Source: Sulfitobacter sp.
Lineage (GTDB): Bacteria; Pseudomonadota; Alphaproteobacteria; Rhodobacterales; Rhodobacteraceae
Reading direction: 5' to 3'
Assembly (NCBI GenBank): GCA_049794055.1
Contig: JBARCL010000128.1
Coordinates: forward strand, 5,127-69,126
DNA: 64,000 nt
Each line of letters starts with the position of its first letter. Positions within the stretch are counted from its first letter, which is position 1. A model generated the notes under the pieces. The model ran no database searches, was not told the DNA's origin, and worked only from the letters and a program-made list of their open reading frames with translations. This document shows, one piece after another, positions 29,819 through 40,164 of the stretch. The translations under genes and the position numbers were made by a program.

Positions 29819-30532
29819 ATGCGTTTTACCGCCCTCCCCACTGCCAATGTACGTGCCTTGCAAAACGGGGATGCCGATGCCTATGGGGTGGCCTGCGAAG
29901 TCGTTACCTCGGATGGCGACGACAATCCGTGCCGCCATTGTCTGAGAAACATTCCCGAAGGATCAGCGATGCTGATCCTGGCGTATCGGCCTTTCAAAGG
30001 TCTTCACGCCTATGCCGAAACAGGGCCGGTATTCCTTTGCGCCAAAAAATGTGCACGCGGTGGCGGTACATTGATGCCGCAAACCCTGACCACCTCATCC
30101 GATTACCTGCTCAAAGGATATTGTCCTGATGACCGCATCGTCTATGGCACGGGCAAGATCGTTAAACCCGTTGATATCCCCGACCAGGTCAAAAGTGTTT
30201 TTTCCAATTCGATGGTCGCCTACATCCACGTCCGTTCGGCCCGCAACAATTGTTACCAGTTGCGCATCGACCGAGGCGAACCAACCCTTGCCGCGCCAGC
30301 CCTGTTTGGGCATAAGAAACGACAGGACACAGCCCAAGCCAAGGACACACCCATGAGCCAGCCCGCGCCAGAGACCAAGGTCGTGAATACCTACCGCATC
30401 GCCTGTGACGGCAGCGAAGGGGCGTTGGGCCATCCGCGCGTCTGGTTGCAAATTCCGAAAGAGACCGGATTTGTCGAATGCGGATATTGTGACTGCAAAT
30501 ACATACATGCGGATTTTGAAGGCAAAGTCTGA
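29819..30532 (+). CDS. DUF1203 family protein reading in frame into a zinc-finger (zf-CHCC) domain
   Basis: PCRHCL, PYAETGP-like YAETGPVF and HVRSARNNCY (DUF1203); no stop before the zinc-finger segment. Confidence 0.7.
   Translation: MRFTALPTANVRALQNGDADAYGVACEVVTSDGDDNPCRHCLRNIPEGSAMLILAYRPFKGLHAYAETGPVFLCAKKCARGGGTLMPQTLTTSSDYLLKGYCPDDRIVYGTGKIVKPVDIPDQVKSVFSNSMVAYIHVRSARNNCYQLRIDRGEPTLAAPALFGHKKRQDTAQAKDTPMSQPAPETKVVNTYRIACDGSEGALGHPRVWLQIPKETGFVECGYCDCKYIHADFEGKV
30353..30532 (+). CDS. Zinc-finger domain protein (zf-CHCC, NDUFS6-like), probably also translated independently
   Basis: IACDG..GHPRVWL..VECGYC; own AAGGA RBS and TTGCCG-N17-CATAAG promoter-like signal upstream. Confidence 0.8.
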   Translation: MSQPAPETKVVNTYRIACDGSEGALGHPRVWLQIPKETGFVECGYCDCKYIHADFEGKV

Positions 30533-30672
30533 AGGCTGAACTTGTCTGCCTGTAGATGGAACGCCTGTAGATGAGTTTATCAGCAAGATGAAGCCGCAGG
30601 TTGCGCATAAGCTTGCTGGCAGCGCTTGTCGCTTCGTGGCATTAGGGGGCATGCCTTGAGGGAGATACACGC

Positions 30673-33465
30673 ATGACATTCGGCAAAGGCCACCACCTGC
30701 ATCTGATCGACGGCTCTGCGTTTATCTTTCGCGCCTACCATGCGCTGCCGCCACTGACGCGCAAGTCCGACGGGTTGCCCATCGGGGCGGTTGCCGGCTT
30801 TTGCAACATGTTGCACCGCTATGTCGAAGGGAACACCGGCCCGGACGCCCCGACACATGTCGCCGTGATTTTCGACAAGGGCAGCCACACATTCCGCAAC
30901 GATATGTACGATCTGTACAAAGCCAATCGCGAGGCGATGCCCGAAGACCTGCGCCCGCAAATGCCTTTGACCCGCGCCGCGACCGAAGCCTTCAACATTG
31001 CCTGCAAGGAGAAAGAGGGCTTCGAAGCAGATGACATCATCGCTACCCTTGCCGTTCAGGCCCGCGCTGCGGGGGGGCGGTGCACGATTATTTCATCTGA
31101 CAAGGACCTGATGCAGCTGGTCGGTGACGGCGTTGAAATGCTGGACGCGATGAAGAATAACCGGATTGACCGCGAAGGTGTCTTTGCCAAATTCGGCGTT
31201 TATCCCGAGCGGGTGGTCGATGTGCAGGCCTTGGCCGGCGATTCTGTCGACAATGTGCCCGGCGCGCCCGGGATCGGCATCAAGACCGCCGCGCTTTTGA
31301 TCAATGAATTTGGTGATCTGGACTCACTGCTTGAACGCGCGGGCGAGATCAAACAGCCCAAACGCCGCCAGACTTTGATCGATAAAGAGGATCAAATTCG
31401 CCTGTCGCGGCGGTTGGTGCAGTTGGATGAAAACACACCGCTGGATTTCACCATCGACGATCTTGAGGTGCGCGATCCCGACCCTGAAATCCTGTTGGCA
31501 TTTCTTGCCGAGATGGAGTTTCGCACCCTGACCAAACGCATAGCGGAGCAGATGGGTAAAGAAGCGCCTGTCATTACGGATGCGCCTGCCGCGCCGGATG
31601 CCCCTTTGGTTGCGGATATACCCTTTGACGCTGAAATGTATGAACAGGTCAGCGATGCTGCCGGCTTGCAGCGCTGGATTGATGCGATTTACGAGGTTGG
31701 CTACGTCGCCGTGGACACCGAAACCACCGGCCTGAATGAAATGACAGCCGATCTGGTTGGTATTTCACTGGCAACCGAGGCAGGCAAGGCCTGTTACATT
31801 CCGCTGATCCATAAAGCGGGGGCAACGGACGATCTGTTCGGCTCGGACGATCTGGCCGAAGGGCAGATGAAAATTGAAGAGGCGCTGGGGATGCTGACCC
31901 CGATGCTTGAAGACCCGACAATTCTGAAAATCGGGCAGAACATGAAATATGACGCCAAGATTTTTGCCCAGATCGGCATTACCCTCGCGCCCTTTGATGA
32001 CACGATGCTGATGTCGTATGCACAGCACGCAGGGCTGCACAATCACGGCATGGACACGCTGTCGGAACGCTATCTCAATCACACGCCGATCCCGATCAAG
32101 CCCTTGCTGGGATCCGGTAAATCCGCCGTAACTTTTGACAAGGTGCCGCTGGATCTGGCCGTGAAATACGCGGCAGAAGATGCGGACATCACCTTGCGCC
32201 TGTGGCAGTTTCTGAAACCCCAACTGCACACAGCGCAGGTCACTAAGGTCTATGAAACACTTGAACGCCCGCTGGTGCCTGTTCTGGCCGCGATGGAACG
32301 GTCGGGCATCAAGGTGGACCGCGATACTTTAAGTCGGATGTCCAATGCCTTTGCCCAGAAAATGGCCGGTCTGGAAGACGAGATTTACGAAATCGCCGGA
32401 CGTAAATTCAACGTCGGTTCGCCAAAACAACTGGGCGAAATCCTGTTTGACGAGATGGGAATTGAAGGCGGCAAGAAAGGTAAAACCGGGGCCTATGCCA
32501 CCGGCGTTGATATCCTGGAAGACCTTGCAACCGAACATGAATTGCCCGCGCGTGTGCTGGACTGGCGACAGCTGAGCAAACTCAAATCGACCTATACCGA
32601 TGCCCTGCAAACCCACATCAACCCCGATACAGGCCGCGTGCACACCTCCTATTCCATTGCAGGGGCGTCAACAGGGCGGCTTGCCTCGACCGACCCGAAC
32701 CTGCAAAATATTCCGATCCGGACCGAGGAAGGCCGCCGCATTCGCGAAGCTTTCATCGCAGAACCTGGCAAAACACTGGTCGCGCTTGATTATTCCCAAA
32801 TTGAGTTGCGCATCCTTGCCCATATCGCCAACATCCCTGCGCTCAAGGAAGCCTTTGCGCGGGGCGACGACATTCACGCCATGACCGCCTCTGAAATGTT
32901 CGATGTCCCGATGGATGAGATGACACCCGATATCCGCCGCCGCGCCAAAGCAATCAACTTTGGTGTGATCTATGGCATCTCCGGCTTTGGCCTTGCCCGT
33001 AATCTGCGCATTCCACGTTCCGAAGCGCAGGGTTTTATTGACCGTTACTTCGAACGGTTCCCCGGCATTCGCACCTATATGGATGACACAAAAGCCTTTG
33101 CCAAAGAGCACGGATTTGTACAAACTCTGTTTGGCCGCAAGATCCACACGCCTGAAATCGCCTCCAAGGGGCCGCGCGCCGGTTTTGCAGCGCGGGCCGC
33201 AATCAACGCCCCGATCCAAGGCACCGCCGCTGACGTGATCCGCCGTGCGATGATCCGCATGCCTGACGCGATCAAGGACCTGCCCGCCACGATGTTGCTA
33301 CAGGTCCACGACGAATTGTTGTTCGAAGTAGAGCAAGGCCATGAGGATGCCCTGATAGAGGCAGCCCGAGACGTGATGGAAAATGCCAATGATCCGGTGG
33401 TGAAACTGGACGTCAAGCTTACGGTGGATGCAGGCAAAGGGGCCAACTGGGCCGAGGCGCACTAG
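30673..33465 (+). CDS. polA: DNA polymerase I
   Basis: 5'-3' exonuclease (LIDGS, EADD, GDSVDN), 3'-5' exonuclease (AVDTET), polymerase motifs DYSQIELR, AKAINFG, QVHDEL. Confidence 0.98.
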   Translation: MTFGKGHHLHLIDGSAFIFRAYHALPPLTRKSDGLPIGAVAGFCNMLHRYVEGNTGPDAPTHVAVIFDKGSHTFRNDMYDLYKANREAMPEDLRPQMPLTRAATEAFNIACKEKEGFEADDIIATLAVQARAAGGRCTIISSDKDLMQLVGDGVEMLDAMKNNRIDREGVFAKFGVYPERVVDVQALAGDSVDNVPGAPGIGIKTAALLINEFGDLDSLLERAGEIKQPKRRQTLIDKEDQIRLSRRLVQLDENTPLDFTIDDLEVRDPDPEILLAFLAEMEFRTLTKRIAEQMGKEAPVITDAPAAPDAPLVADIPFDAEMYEQVSDAAGLQRWIDAIYEVGYVAVDTETTGLNEMTADLVGISLATEAGKACYIPLIHKAGATDDLFGSDDLAEGQMKIEEALGMLTPMLEDPTILKIGQNMKYDAKIFAQIGITLAPFDDTMLMSYAQHAGLHNHGMDTLSERYLNHTPIPIKPLLGSGKSAVTFDKVPLDLAVKYAAEDADITLRLWQFLKPQLHTAQVTKVYETLERPLVPVLAAMERSGIKVDRDTLSRMSNAFAQKMAGLEDEIYEIAGRKFNVGSPKQLGEILFDEMGIEGGKKGKTGAYATGVDILEDLATEHELPARVLDWRQLSKLKSTYTDALQTHINPDTGRVHTSYSIAGASTGRLASTDPNLQNIPIRTEEGRRIREAFIAEPGKTLVALDYSQIELRILAHIANIPALKEAFARGDDIHAMTASEMFDVPMDEMTPDIRRRAKAINFGVIYGISGFGLARNLRIPRSEAQGFIDRYFERFPGIRTYMDDTKAFAKEHGFVQTLFGRKIHTPEIASKGPRAGFAARAAINAPIQGTAADVIRRAMIRMPDAIKDLPATMLLQVHDELLFEVEQGHEDALIEAARDVMENANDPVVKLDVKLTVDAGKGANWAEAH

Positions 33466-33470
33466 GCGTC

Positions 33471-34100
33471 GTGACCACAGTCCTTTATTCTTTTCGCCGG
33501 TGCCCCTATGCGATGCGGGCACGTCTGGCCCTCGCCAGTTCCGGCGTTAAGGTTGAGCTGCGCGAAATCCTGTTGCGCGACAAACCGCAAGCGTTTCTCG
33601 ATGCCTCGCCCAGTGGCACGGTGCCCTGCCTTGTGACGCCTGCGCAAACCATCGACGAAAGCCTCGACATAATGCTGTGGGCGCTGGCGCAGAGTGATCC
33701 TCAAGGATGGCTGTATATGCCCGACATTGGTCAAGAACTGATCACGCGTGTTGACGGGCCGTTCAAGACAGCACTGGATCGCACCAAATACGCCACACGT
33801 TACCCTGACGAGGACCCACATGAGCATCGCGCCGCCGCAGCCGGATTTCTGACAGAACTGGATGCGCAGATTGATACATGGGTTTTCGCAAAGCCAACGC
33901 TGGCCGATTTTGCGGTCCTGCCCTTCGTGCGCCAGTTCGCGTTCATCGACAAGCGGTGGTTTGACGCGCAGCCTTGGCCGGCCCTTCACAACTGGCTGGA
34001 GCGTTTCCTTGCATCCGCGCAATTTGCACAAATCATGCCGAAATACACCCCGTGGCAACCGGATGATCCGCCAATCCTTTTTCCCACAGCGGAATCATGA
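33471..34100 (+). CDS. Glutathione S-transferase family protein
   Basis: YSFRRCPYAMRAR, GTVP, IDESLDIM, LADFAVLPFVRQF; GTG start. Confidence 0.88.
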   Translation: MTTVLYSFRRCPYAMRARLALASSGVKVELREILLRDKPQAFLDASPSGTVPCLVTPAQTIDESLDIMLWALAQSDPQGWLYMPDIGQELITRVDGPFKTALDRTKYATRYPDEDPHEHRAAAAGFLTELDAQIDTWVFAKPTLADFAVLPFVRQFAFIDKRWFDAQPWPALHNWLERFLASAQFAQIMPKYTPWQPDDPPILFPTAES

Positions 34101-34853
34101 CGTCATCCAGCCCAAACTATCTTCGGTTGATCCGTTCGGGCTGTATTCCGCACTGATCCAGCCATTGTAGGTCGACGCTTTGATCCGTTCAAACAGCGTC
34201 TTGAAATCAACTTCGCCTGTGCCCGGACCACCGCGATTGGGGCTATCACCAATCTGGATGTGACGAATAAACGGTAGGTATTCCTCGAATACAGCTACAG
34301 CGTCACCGTGAATCATCTGTGCGTGATAACTGTCGTATTGCAGTCCCAAATTCGGCGCATCAACTGCTGACAGCACCTCCGCTGCCAAGCCATAGTCATT
34401 CAGAAAATATCCTGGCTGTGCCACAGGGTTCAGCGGCTCAAGCGTCAGGGTCAGACCTTTGGGTGCGGCCTTTGTCGCCCAACGAAGGTTGTCGACAAGG
34501 ATTTCTTTCGCCGCGTCCCCCTCGGCCACGCCTGTCATGACATGCACAAAGGATACCTTCAGCGCCTCGACATAACGAAACACCCGTTTCATATCTGACT
34601 GAAACCGCGCAACGGCCTCGGGTTGCGCGGCAAAACCGCGCGCACCACCAGTATAGTTAGGCGGCGGCGCGTTGATCAACACCATCCGCTGACCGTTTGC
34701 GATCAACGCACGTTGGGTTTCCTTAGCTGCAATATCATAGGGAAACAGCACCTCAACCGCTTGAAATCCTACAGCGGCCGCGGCTGCAAAACGGTCCAGA
34801 TAGGGAAGTTCGGGCCAGAGGTGGCTAAGGTTGGCAGCGAATTTAGGTTTCAT
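34095..34853 (-). CDS. Hydroxypyruvate isomerase family (TIM barrel)
   Basis: FAANLS, VEVLFPY, EPLN, DSYH, HIQIGD..PGTGE, EY. Confidence 0.85.
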   Translation of the reverse strand: MKPKFAANLSHLWPELPYLDRFAAAAAVGFQAVEVLFPYDIAAKETQRALIANGQRMVLINAPPPNYTGGARGFAAQPEAVARFQSDMKRVFRYVEALKVSFVHVMTGVAEGDAAKEILVDNLRWATKAAPKGLTLTLEPLNPVAQPGYFLNDYGLAAEVLSAVDAPNLGLQYDSYHAQMIHGDAVAVFEEYLPFIRHIQIGDSPNRGGPGTGEVDFKTLFERIKASTYNGWISAEYSPNGSTEDSLGWMTS

Positions 34854-35450
34854 TCAGGCATCTACCGGCAATTCTTTCGATGGGATAATGCCAAAAAACT
34901 GCCCCCCGGACCACACCCCGAACCAATCTTGATAATGTACGCCCAAATCGACCAACCGGTAAAAGCTCTTGCGGTCAATCAAAGCCTCAAGGTTGCGACG
35001 GATCAGGACATAGGGGGCAGGTTCTCCTGTTTCTGGGTCCCGTTCAACGCGGATCGGATGAGCGGCACCTGCCACGGCGGTATCGCCGATGTTCGTCACA
35101 AACCTCAGGGACTGCGATTCACCTTGTCCTTCGACCTCAAAATCGACACCGACAAAAGGCGCATCCTCAACCGTAATCCCGACCTTCTCAACTGGAGTGA
35201 CAAGAAAGTAATTGTCGTCTTCGCGCCACAGAATCGTCGAGAAAAGTTTCACCATTTCGGGCCGCCCAATCGGTGTGCCTTCGTAAAACCACGTGCCGTC
35301 CCGTGTGATGCGCATGTCGATATCGCCGCAAAAAGGCGGGTTCCACTTCTCCAGCGGCGGCAAACCGCGCGTTTTTGCAGCGCGGGCGGCCTCTGCCAGT
35401 GTATTTGCGGTCGGAGTAACGGTTTTTTGTCCGCTCATAGCTTTTGCCAT
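34854..35450 (-). CDS. DUF1285 family protein
   Basis: WNPPFCGDIDMRI..GTWFYEG, LVTPVEKVGITVEDAPF; start may be 35438. Confidence 0.85.
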   Translation of the reverse strand: MAKAMSGQKTVTPTANTLAEAARAAKTRGLPPLEKWNPPFCGDIDMRITRDGTWFYEGTPIGRPEMVKLFSTILWREDDNYFLVTPVEKVGITVEDAPFVGVDFEVEGQGESQSLRFVTNIGDTAVAGAAHPIRVERDPETGEPAPYVLIRRNLEALIDRKSFYRLVDLGVHYQDWFGVWSGGQFFGIIPSKELPVDA

Positions 35451-35507
35451 TTCCTGTGAAAGAGATAGGTTAGACTAAACCGATATAATCCCAAGGAAGC
35501 AAATGTC

Positions 35508-36515
35508 ATGACCCAAGCCGACGACATGATTGACCAGATCGAAACATTGGGCGCAAAATTGGGCGAAGCCAAGCAATCCATCACCCGCCGGTTTATTGGC
35601 CAGGAACGTGTGGTCGATCTGACGCTGACTGCACTTTTATGTGGCGGGCACGGTTTGCTGATCGGGCTGCCCGGGCTCGGCAAGACGCTTCTGGTCGAGA
35701 CTCTTGGCACCGTAATGGGGCTCGACGGTAATCGGGTACAGTTCACACCCGACCTTATGCCTGCCGATATTCTGGGGTCAGAAGTGCTGGACACTGCGGC
35801 GGACGGTTCGCGGATCTTTCGCTTTGTCGAAGGGCCGGTGTTTTGCCAACTTTTGATGGCCGATGAAATCAACCGCGCCAGCCCGCGCACACAATCTGCC
35901 CTGCTGCAGGCGATGCAAGAAAAGACGGTGACCGTCGCGGGGCAAGACCGCCCCCTGGGCGTGCCGTTCCATGTTCTGGCGACGCAGAACCCGATCGAAC
36001 AAGAGGGCACCTATCCCCTGCCCGAAGCGCAATTGGACCGGTTCCTTGTTCAGATCGACGTCGCCTATCCCGACCGCGCGACCGAACGTGACATCCTTCT
36101 GGCCACCACCGGCGACGTTGATGCGCAATCAACGCAAGTGTTCACTGCACAGGAATTGCTTGACGCACAACGTCTGCTGCGCCGCATGCCGGTGGGTGAC
36201 TCTGTTGTGGAGATGATCCTTGATCTGGTCCGCGCATTCCGTCCCGAAGAGGAAGATGCCAGCGAACGTGTGCGCGAAACTGTGGCCTGGGGCCCCGGCC
36301 CGCGTGCCGCGCAGGCCCTGATGTTGGCCGTGCGGGCACGGGCCTTGCTGCAGGGGCGTCTGGCGCCCTCAGCCGAAGACGTGCTGGACATGGCGCGACC
36401 TGTCCTGTCACATCGTATGGCGTTGAATTTCGCAGCGCGGGCGCGGGGGGACAGCCTGCAGGGATTGATCGATGAAACCGCTGCCAACCTGACCGGAAAG
36501 AAAGCCGCCGCGTGA
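35508..36515 (+). CDS. moxR: MoxR family AAA+ ATPase
   Basis: GLPGLGKT, RVQFTPDLMPADI, DEINRA, ATQNPIEQEGTYPLPEAQLDRF. Confidence 0.95.
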   Translation: MTQADDMIDQIETLGAKLGEAKQSITRRFIGQERVVDLTLTALLCGGHGLLIGLPGLGKTLLVETLGTVMGLDGNRVQFTPDLMPADILGSEVLDTAADGSRIFRFVEGPVFCQLLMADEINRASPRTQSALLQAMQEKTVTVAGQDRPLGVPFHVLATQNPIEQEGTYPLPEAQLDRFLVQIDVAYPDRATERDILLATTGDVDAQSTQVFTAQELLDAQRLLRRMPVGDSVVEMILDLVRAFRPEEEDASERVRETVAWGPGPRAAQALMLAVRARALLQGRLAPSAEDVLDMARPVLSHRMALNFAARARGDSLQGLIDETAANLTGKKAAA

Positions 36516-37396
36516 ACACCCCCGTCACCCTTCGTGCCGCCGCCGAGGATCAGGCCACCCGCCTGCCCGCGCTCTTGGCACGCGCCGAACATCTGGCCGG
36601 AGCTGTTCTGCTGGGCGCGCATGGGCGCCGACGGTCAGGTGTGGGTGATGATTTCTGGCAATACCGCCCCTCGCAACAGGGTGACAGTCGGCGGATGATT
36701 GACCATCGCCGTTCTGCCATGGGGGATCAGGAATTCGTGCGCGAACGCGAATGGCAAATCGCGCAGTCCGTCATGCTTTGGGTCGACCAAGGGGCTTCGA
36801 TGCGGTTCTCCTCTGACAAGGGTTTGCCGGAAAAGGCAGACCGTGCGCGGACCTTGGGCCTTGCCTTGGCAATTCTGCTGCTGCGGGGCGGCGAGAGGGT
36901 CGGCCTGACCGGTACCCTGCTGCCGCCACGGACCGGTAATCCACAGGTGCTGCGGCTCGCCGAATTGTTCTGCCGCGACGATGAAACCGATTATAGCCCA
37001 CCCGAGCATCGCGCGCTGATCCCGCATGCCCGCGCTGTTTTCATATCCGATTTCATGGGTGATCTTGCGGGTGTACAAACCGCCCTCACCAAGGCTGCAG
37101 ATCGTGGCGTACGCGGGGTGATCTATCACGTGCTAGACCCCTCTGAGGAGGCATTTCCCTTTACCGGACGCACGATCTTTGAAAGTGTTGGCGGGACGCT
37201 GCGCCACGAAACACTAAAGGCGAATGACCTGAAAGGGCGCTATCTGGAGCGGCTGGCAAAGCGCAAGGCCGAACTTCAGCGTCTCTGTGCCCTGACCGGT
37301 TGGCAATATGGACTGCACCATACCAATACCTCGGCACAATCAGCGTTACTTTGGCTCTATGCCGCGCTTGATGCCCGCGCAGGGGTGGCAGCATGA
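36512..37396 (+). CDS. DUF58 domain protein
   Basis: GAHGRRRSGVGDDFWQYR..GD..ID, VREREW, DQGASM, ISDF. Confidence 0.9.
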   Translation: MNTPVTLRAAAEDQATRLPALLARAEHLAGAVLLGAHGRRRSGVGDDFWQYRPSQQGDSRRMIDHRRSAMGDQEFVREREWQIAQSVMLWVDQGASMRFSSDKGLPEKADRARTLGLALAILLLRGGERVGLTGTLLPPRTGNPQVLRLAELFCRDDETDYSPPEHRALIPHARAVFISDFMGDLAGVQTALTKAADRGVRGVIYHVLDPSEEAFPFTGRTIFESVGGTLRHETLKANDLKGRYLERLAKRKAELQRLCALTGWQYGLHHTNTSAQSALLWLYAALDARAGVAA

Positions 37397-40164
37397 CAGT
37401 TTTGGGAAGCATCGGTTTCACCACGCCCTGGCTGCTGCTGGCCTTTTTGGCCTTGCCGATCCTTTGGTTGATCTTGCGGGCTGTACCGCCCGCGCCGATC
37501 CGCCGTCGTTTTCCCGGTGTGGCGCTCTTGCTGGGGCTTAGCGATGATGAAACCGTGTCCGACCGCACGCCATGGTGGCTGCTGTTATTGCGCATGCTGG
37601 TGGTTGGCGCGATCATTTTGGGGCTGGCGGGGCCGGTGCTGAACCCGCAGGCCGAACAGACGGCGGGGGACGGGCCGTTGCTGATCGTGCTTGACGGTTC
37701 ATGGGCGGGGGCAACCCGCTGGCCCGAACAAACAGCCGCGATTGAGGCCCAATTGACCCGCGCAGGCCGCGCAGAACGCCCTGTCGGTTTTCTGACGCTG
37801 ACACGTCCCGATGCGCCGGCGTTTCAGTCGGCAGATGTCTGGCGCACACGTTTGGCCGGATTTGCGCCGGCCGCATGGCAACCTTCCCCGAAAGACATCG
37901 CAAGAGCGGTTGAAATCATCGGTCGACTTGGCGCGTTCGACACAGTCTGGTTCAGCGACGCACTTGAGTTTGACGGCCGCGATCAAGTGCTGGACGCGAT
38001 GCAGGCCCAAGGCGCAGTTGAGGTCTATCAAACGGCGGCCAATGTGTTGGCCATCGGCCCTGCCCTCTATGAAGACAGTGTCGTCAAGCTGTCTGTGGCT
38101 CGCGCCGCACCCGCGCTTGAGCGTCAAGTTGTAATCCAAGCTGAAGGGCGTGATCCCGCCGGCAACGCCCGTATCCTTGCGACTGCCAATGCACGTTTTG
38201 AAAATGGTGCCACCCAAGCCGGAGCAGAGCTGTCCCTGCCCGCAGAACTGCGTGCGCGGATCACCGGTTTTGCCATCGCCGGACAGCGTTCGGCGGGGGC
38301 AATCACATTGGTGGATGACGCCTTGCGCCGCCGCGAGGTCGCATTGATCGGCAGTGACAGTGACCGCGAGGGCCTGCAATTGCTGTCACCGCTGCATTAT
38401 ATCGAACAGGCGTTGGCCCCGACCGCAGATCTGATTGACGGCTCCATCGCGGATGTACTGCCCGCCAATCCTGACGTGATCGTGTTGGCCGATGTGGCGA
38501 CCTTGGCCGCCGCCGAGGCCGCGCCATTGCTTGAATGGATCGAGAAAGGCGGCATGCTAGTGCGGTTCGCCGGTCCTCGGATCGCCGCCAGTGACATCAG
38601 CCGCTTTGACGAAGACCCGCTAATGCCCGTCCGCCTGCGGGCCGGTGGCCGCAGCGTGGGCGGCGCAATGAGCTGGGGGGAGCCCAAATCACTGGATACG
38701 TTCAAGAATACCTCGCCTTTCTTTGGCCTGACCGTTCCTGACGATGTTGTTGTCTCGGCCCAGGTCGTGGCCCAGCCCGACCCGACGCTGGCCGAGCGTG
38801 TGATTGCCTCGCTCAGCGACGGGACACCGTTGGTTACACGCAAGGTTGTGGGGCAGGGACAAATCGTTTTGTTCCATGTCACAGCGACCGCGGAATGGTC
38901 CACCTTGCCTCTGTCCGGCCTGTTCGTCGAGATGCTGCAACGGCTCGCCGTGTCTTCTGCCGCCGCCTCGCCAAATGCCGGTGACCTTGCGGGCACGACA
39001 TGGACGCCCCAGCAGGTAATGGACGGGTATGGCGTATTATCGGACGCGGGCAATCTGCCCGGTGTGGATGGCGGCGACCTTGTGGCGGCCCCTGCCGGAC
39101 CCGACTTGCGTCCCGGTATTTACAGCAGCGGCGAGCGGCGTTTGGCGCGGAATGTCTTTGGTGCCGACAGTACCTTGTCATCGGCAAGCTGGCCGCTGGA
39201 TGTGCCGGTGCGCGGGTTGACCGTGGCCCCCGAACAACCGGTCGCAGGTTGGTTGCTCAGCCTGTCGATCTTGCTTTTGCTGGCCGATGTTGTCGCCTCG
39301 CTTGCGCTGTCGGGCCGTTTGCTGAACCGCAGCAATGCGGCAGCCACCATCCTTTTGGCACTGCCCTTCCTTGGCACCCCGGCCCCTGGTGCGGCCCAAA
39401 CCGATGCGGACGCTTTCGCGCTTGCCGCCACCGCCGAAGTGTCGCTGGCCCATGTCATCACTGGCAATGCACAGGTTGACGAAATCGCTGCCGCCGGCCT
39501 TCAAGGGCTGTCCGACACCTTGTTCTTCCGCACATCGATCGAACCGGCACCGGCAATCTCTGTCGACCTTGAAACAGACGAATTGGCGTTTTTCCCGATC
39601 CTCTATTGGCCCGTGACGCCGGACCAACCGCGACCCTCGTCCGACGCCTATGTGAAGTTGAACGACTATCTGCGCTCTGGCGGGTTGATCCTGTTTGATA
39701 CGCGCGATGGCGATATCGCCGGCTTTGGTGCTGCCAGCCCAAACGGCCGCAAGCTGCAAGACCTCGCCGCACCGCTGGATATCCCGCCGCTGGAACCTGT
39801 ACCAGAAGATCACGTTTTGACGCGCACCTTCTATCTGTTGCGTGACTTTCCGGGGCGTCACAACAACCGTGATGTCTGGGTTGAAGCCGCCCCTCCCAAT
39901 GCCGAACAGATCGAGGGCATGCCCTTTCGCAATCTCAATGACGGGGTCACGCCGGTGGTCATCGGCGGCAACGACTGGGCCGCCGCCTGGGCTGTACGCC
40001 CTGACGGTGCGCCACTGTTACCCATCGGACGCGGCTATGCCGGCGAGCGCCAGCGCGAGCTTGCCAACCGTTTTGGCGTGAACCTGATCATGCATGTGCT
40101 GACCGGAAACTATAAATCTGATCAGGTTCATGTGCCTGCATTGCTGGAACGGTTGGGCCAATGA
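37393..40164 (+). CDS. BatA N-terminal/vWA/DUF4159 domain membrane protein
   Basis: N-terminal F..PWLL..LPILW..PP..FP double-TM motif; C-terminal LYWP..GG..FDT and NYKSDQVH (DUF4159). Confidence 0.85.
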   Translation: MTVLGSIGFTTPWLLLAFLALPILWLILRAVPPAPIRRRFPGVALLLGLSDDETVSDRTPWWLLLLRMLVVGAIILGLAGPVLNPQAEQTAGDGPLLIVLDGSWAGATRWPEQTAAIEAQLTRAGRAERPVGFLTLTRPDAPAFQSADVWRTRLAGFAPAAWQPSPKDIARAVEIIGRLGAFDTVWFSDALEFDGRDQVLDAMQAQGAVEVYQTAANVLAIGPALYEDSVVKLSVARAAPALERQVVIQAEGRDPAGNARILATANARFENGATQAGAELSLPAELRARITGFAIAGQRSAGAITLVDDALRRREVALIGSDSDREGLQLLSPLHYIEQALAPTADLIDGSIADVLPANPDVIVLADVATLAAAEAAPLLEWIEKGGMLVRFAGPRIAASDISRFDEDPLMPVRLRAGGRSVGGAMSWGEPKSLDTFKNTSPFFGLTVPDDVVVSAQVVAQPDPTLAERVIASLSDGTPLVTRKVVGQGQIVLFHVTATAEWSTLPLSGLFVEMLQRLAVSSAAASPNAGDLAGTTWTPQQVMDGYGVLSDAGNLPGVDGGDLVAAPAGPDLRPGIYSSGERRLARNVFGADSTLSSASWPLDVPVRGLTVAPEQPVAGWLLSLSILLLLADVVASLALSGRLLNRSNAAATILLALPFLGTPAPGAAQTDADAFALAATAEVSLAHVITGNAQVDEIAAAGLQGLSDTLFFRTSIEPAPAISVDLETDELAFFPILYWPVTPDQPRPSSDAYVKLNDYLRSGGLILFDTRDGDIAGFGAASPNGRKLQDLAAPLDIPPLEPVPEDHVLTRTFYLLRDFPGRHNNRDVWVEAAPPNAEQIEGMPFRNLNDGVTPVVIGGNDWAAAWAVRPDGAPLLPIGRGYAGERQRELANRFGVNLIMHVLTGNYKSDQVHVPALLERLGQ

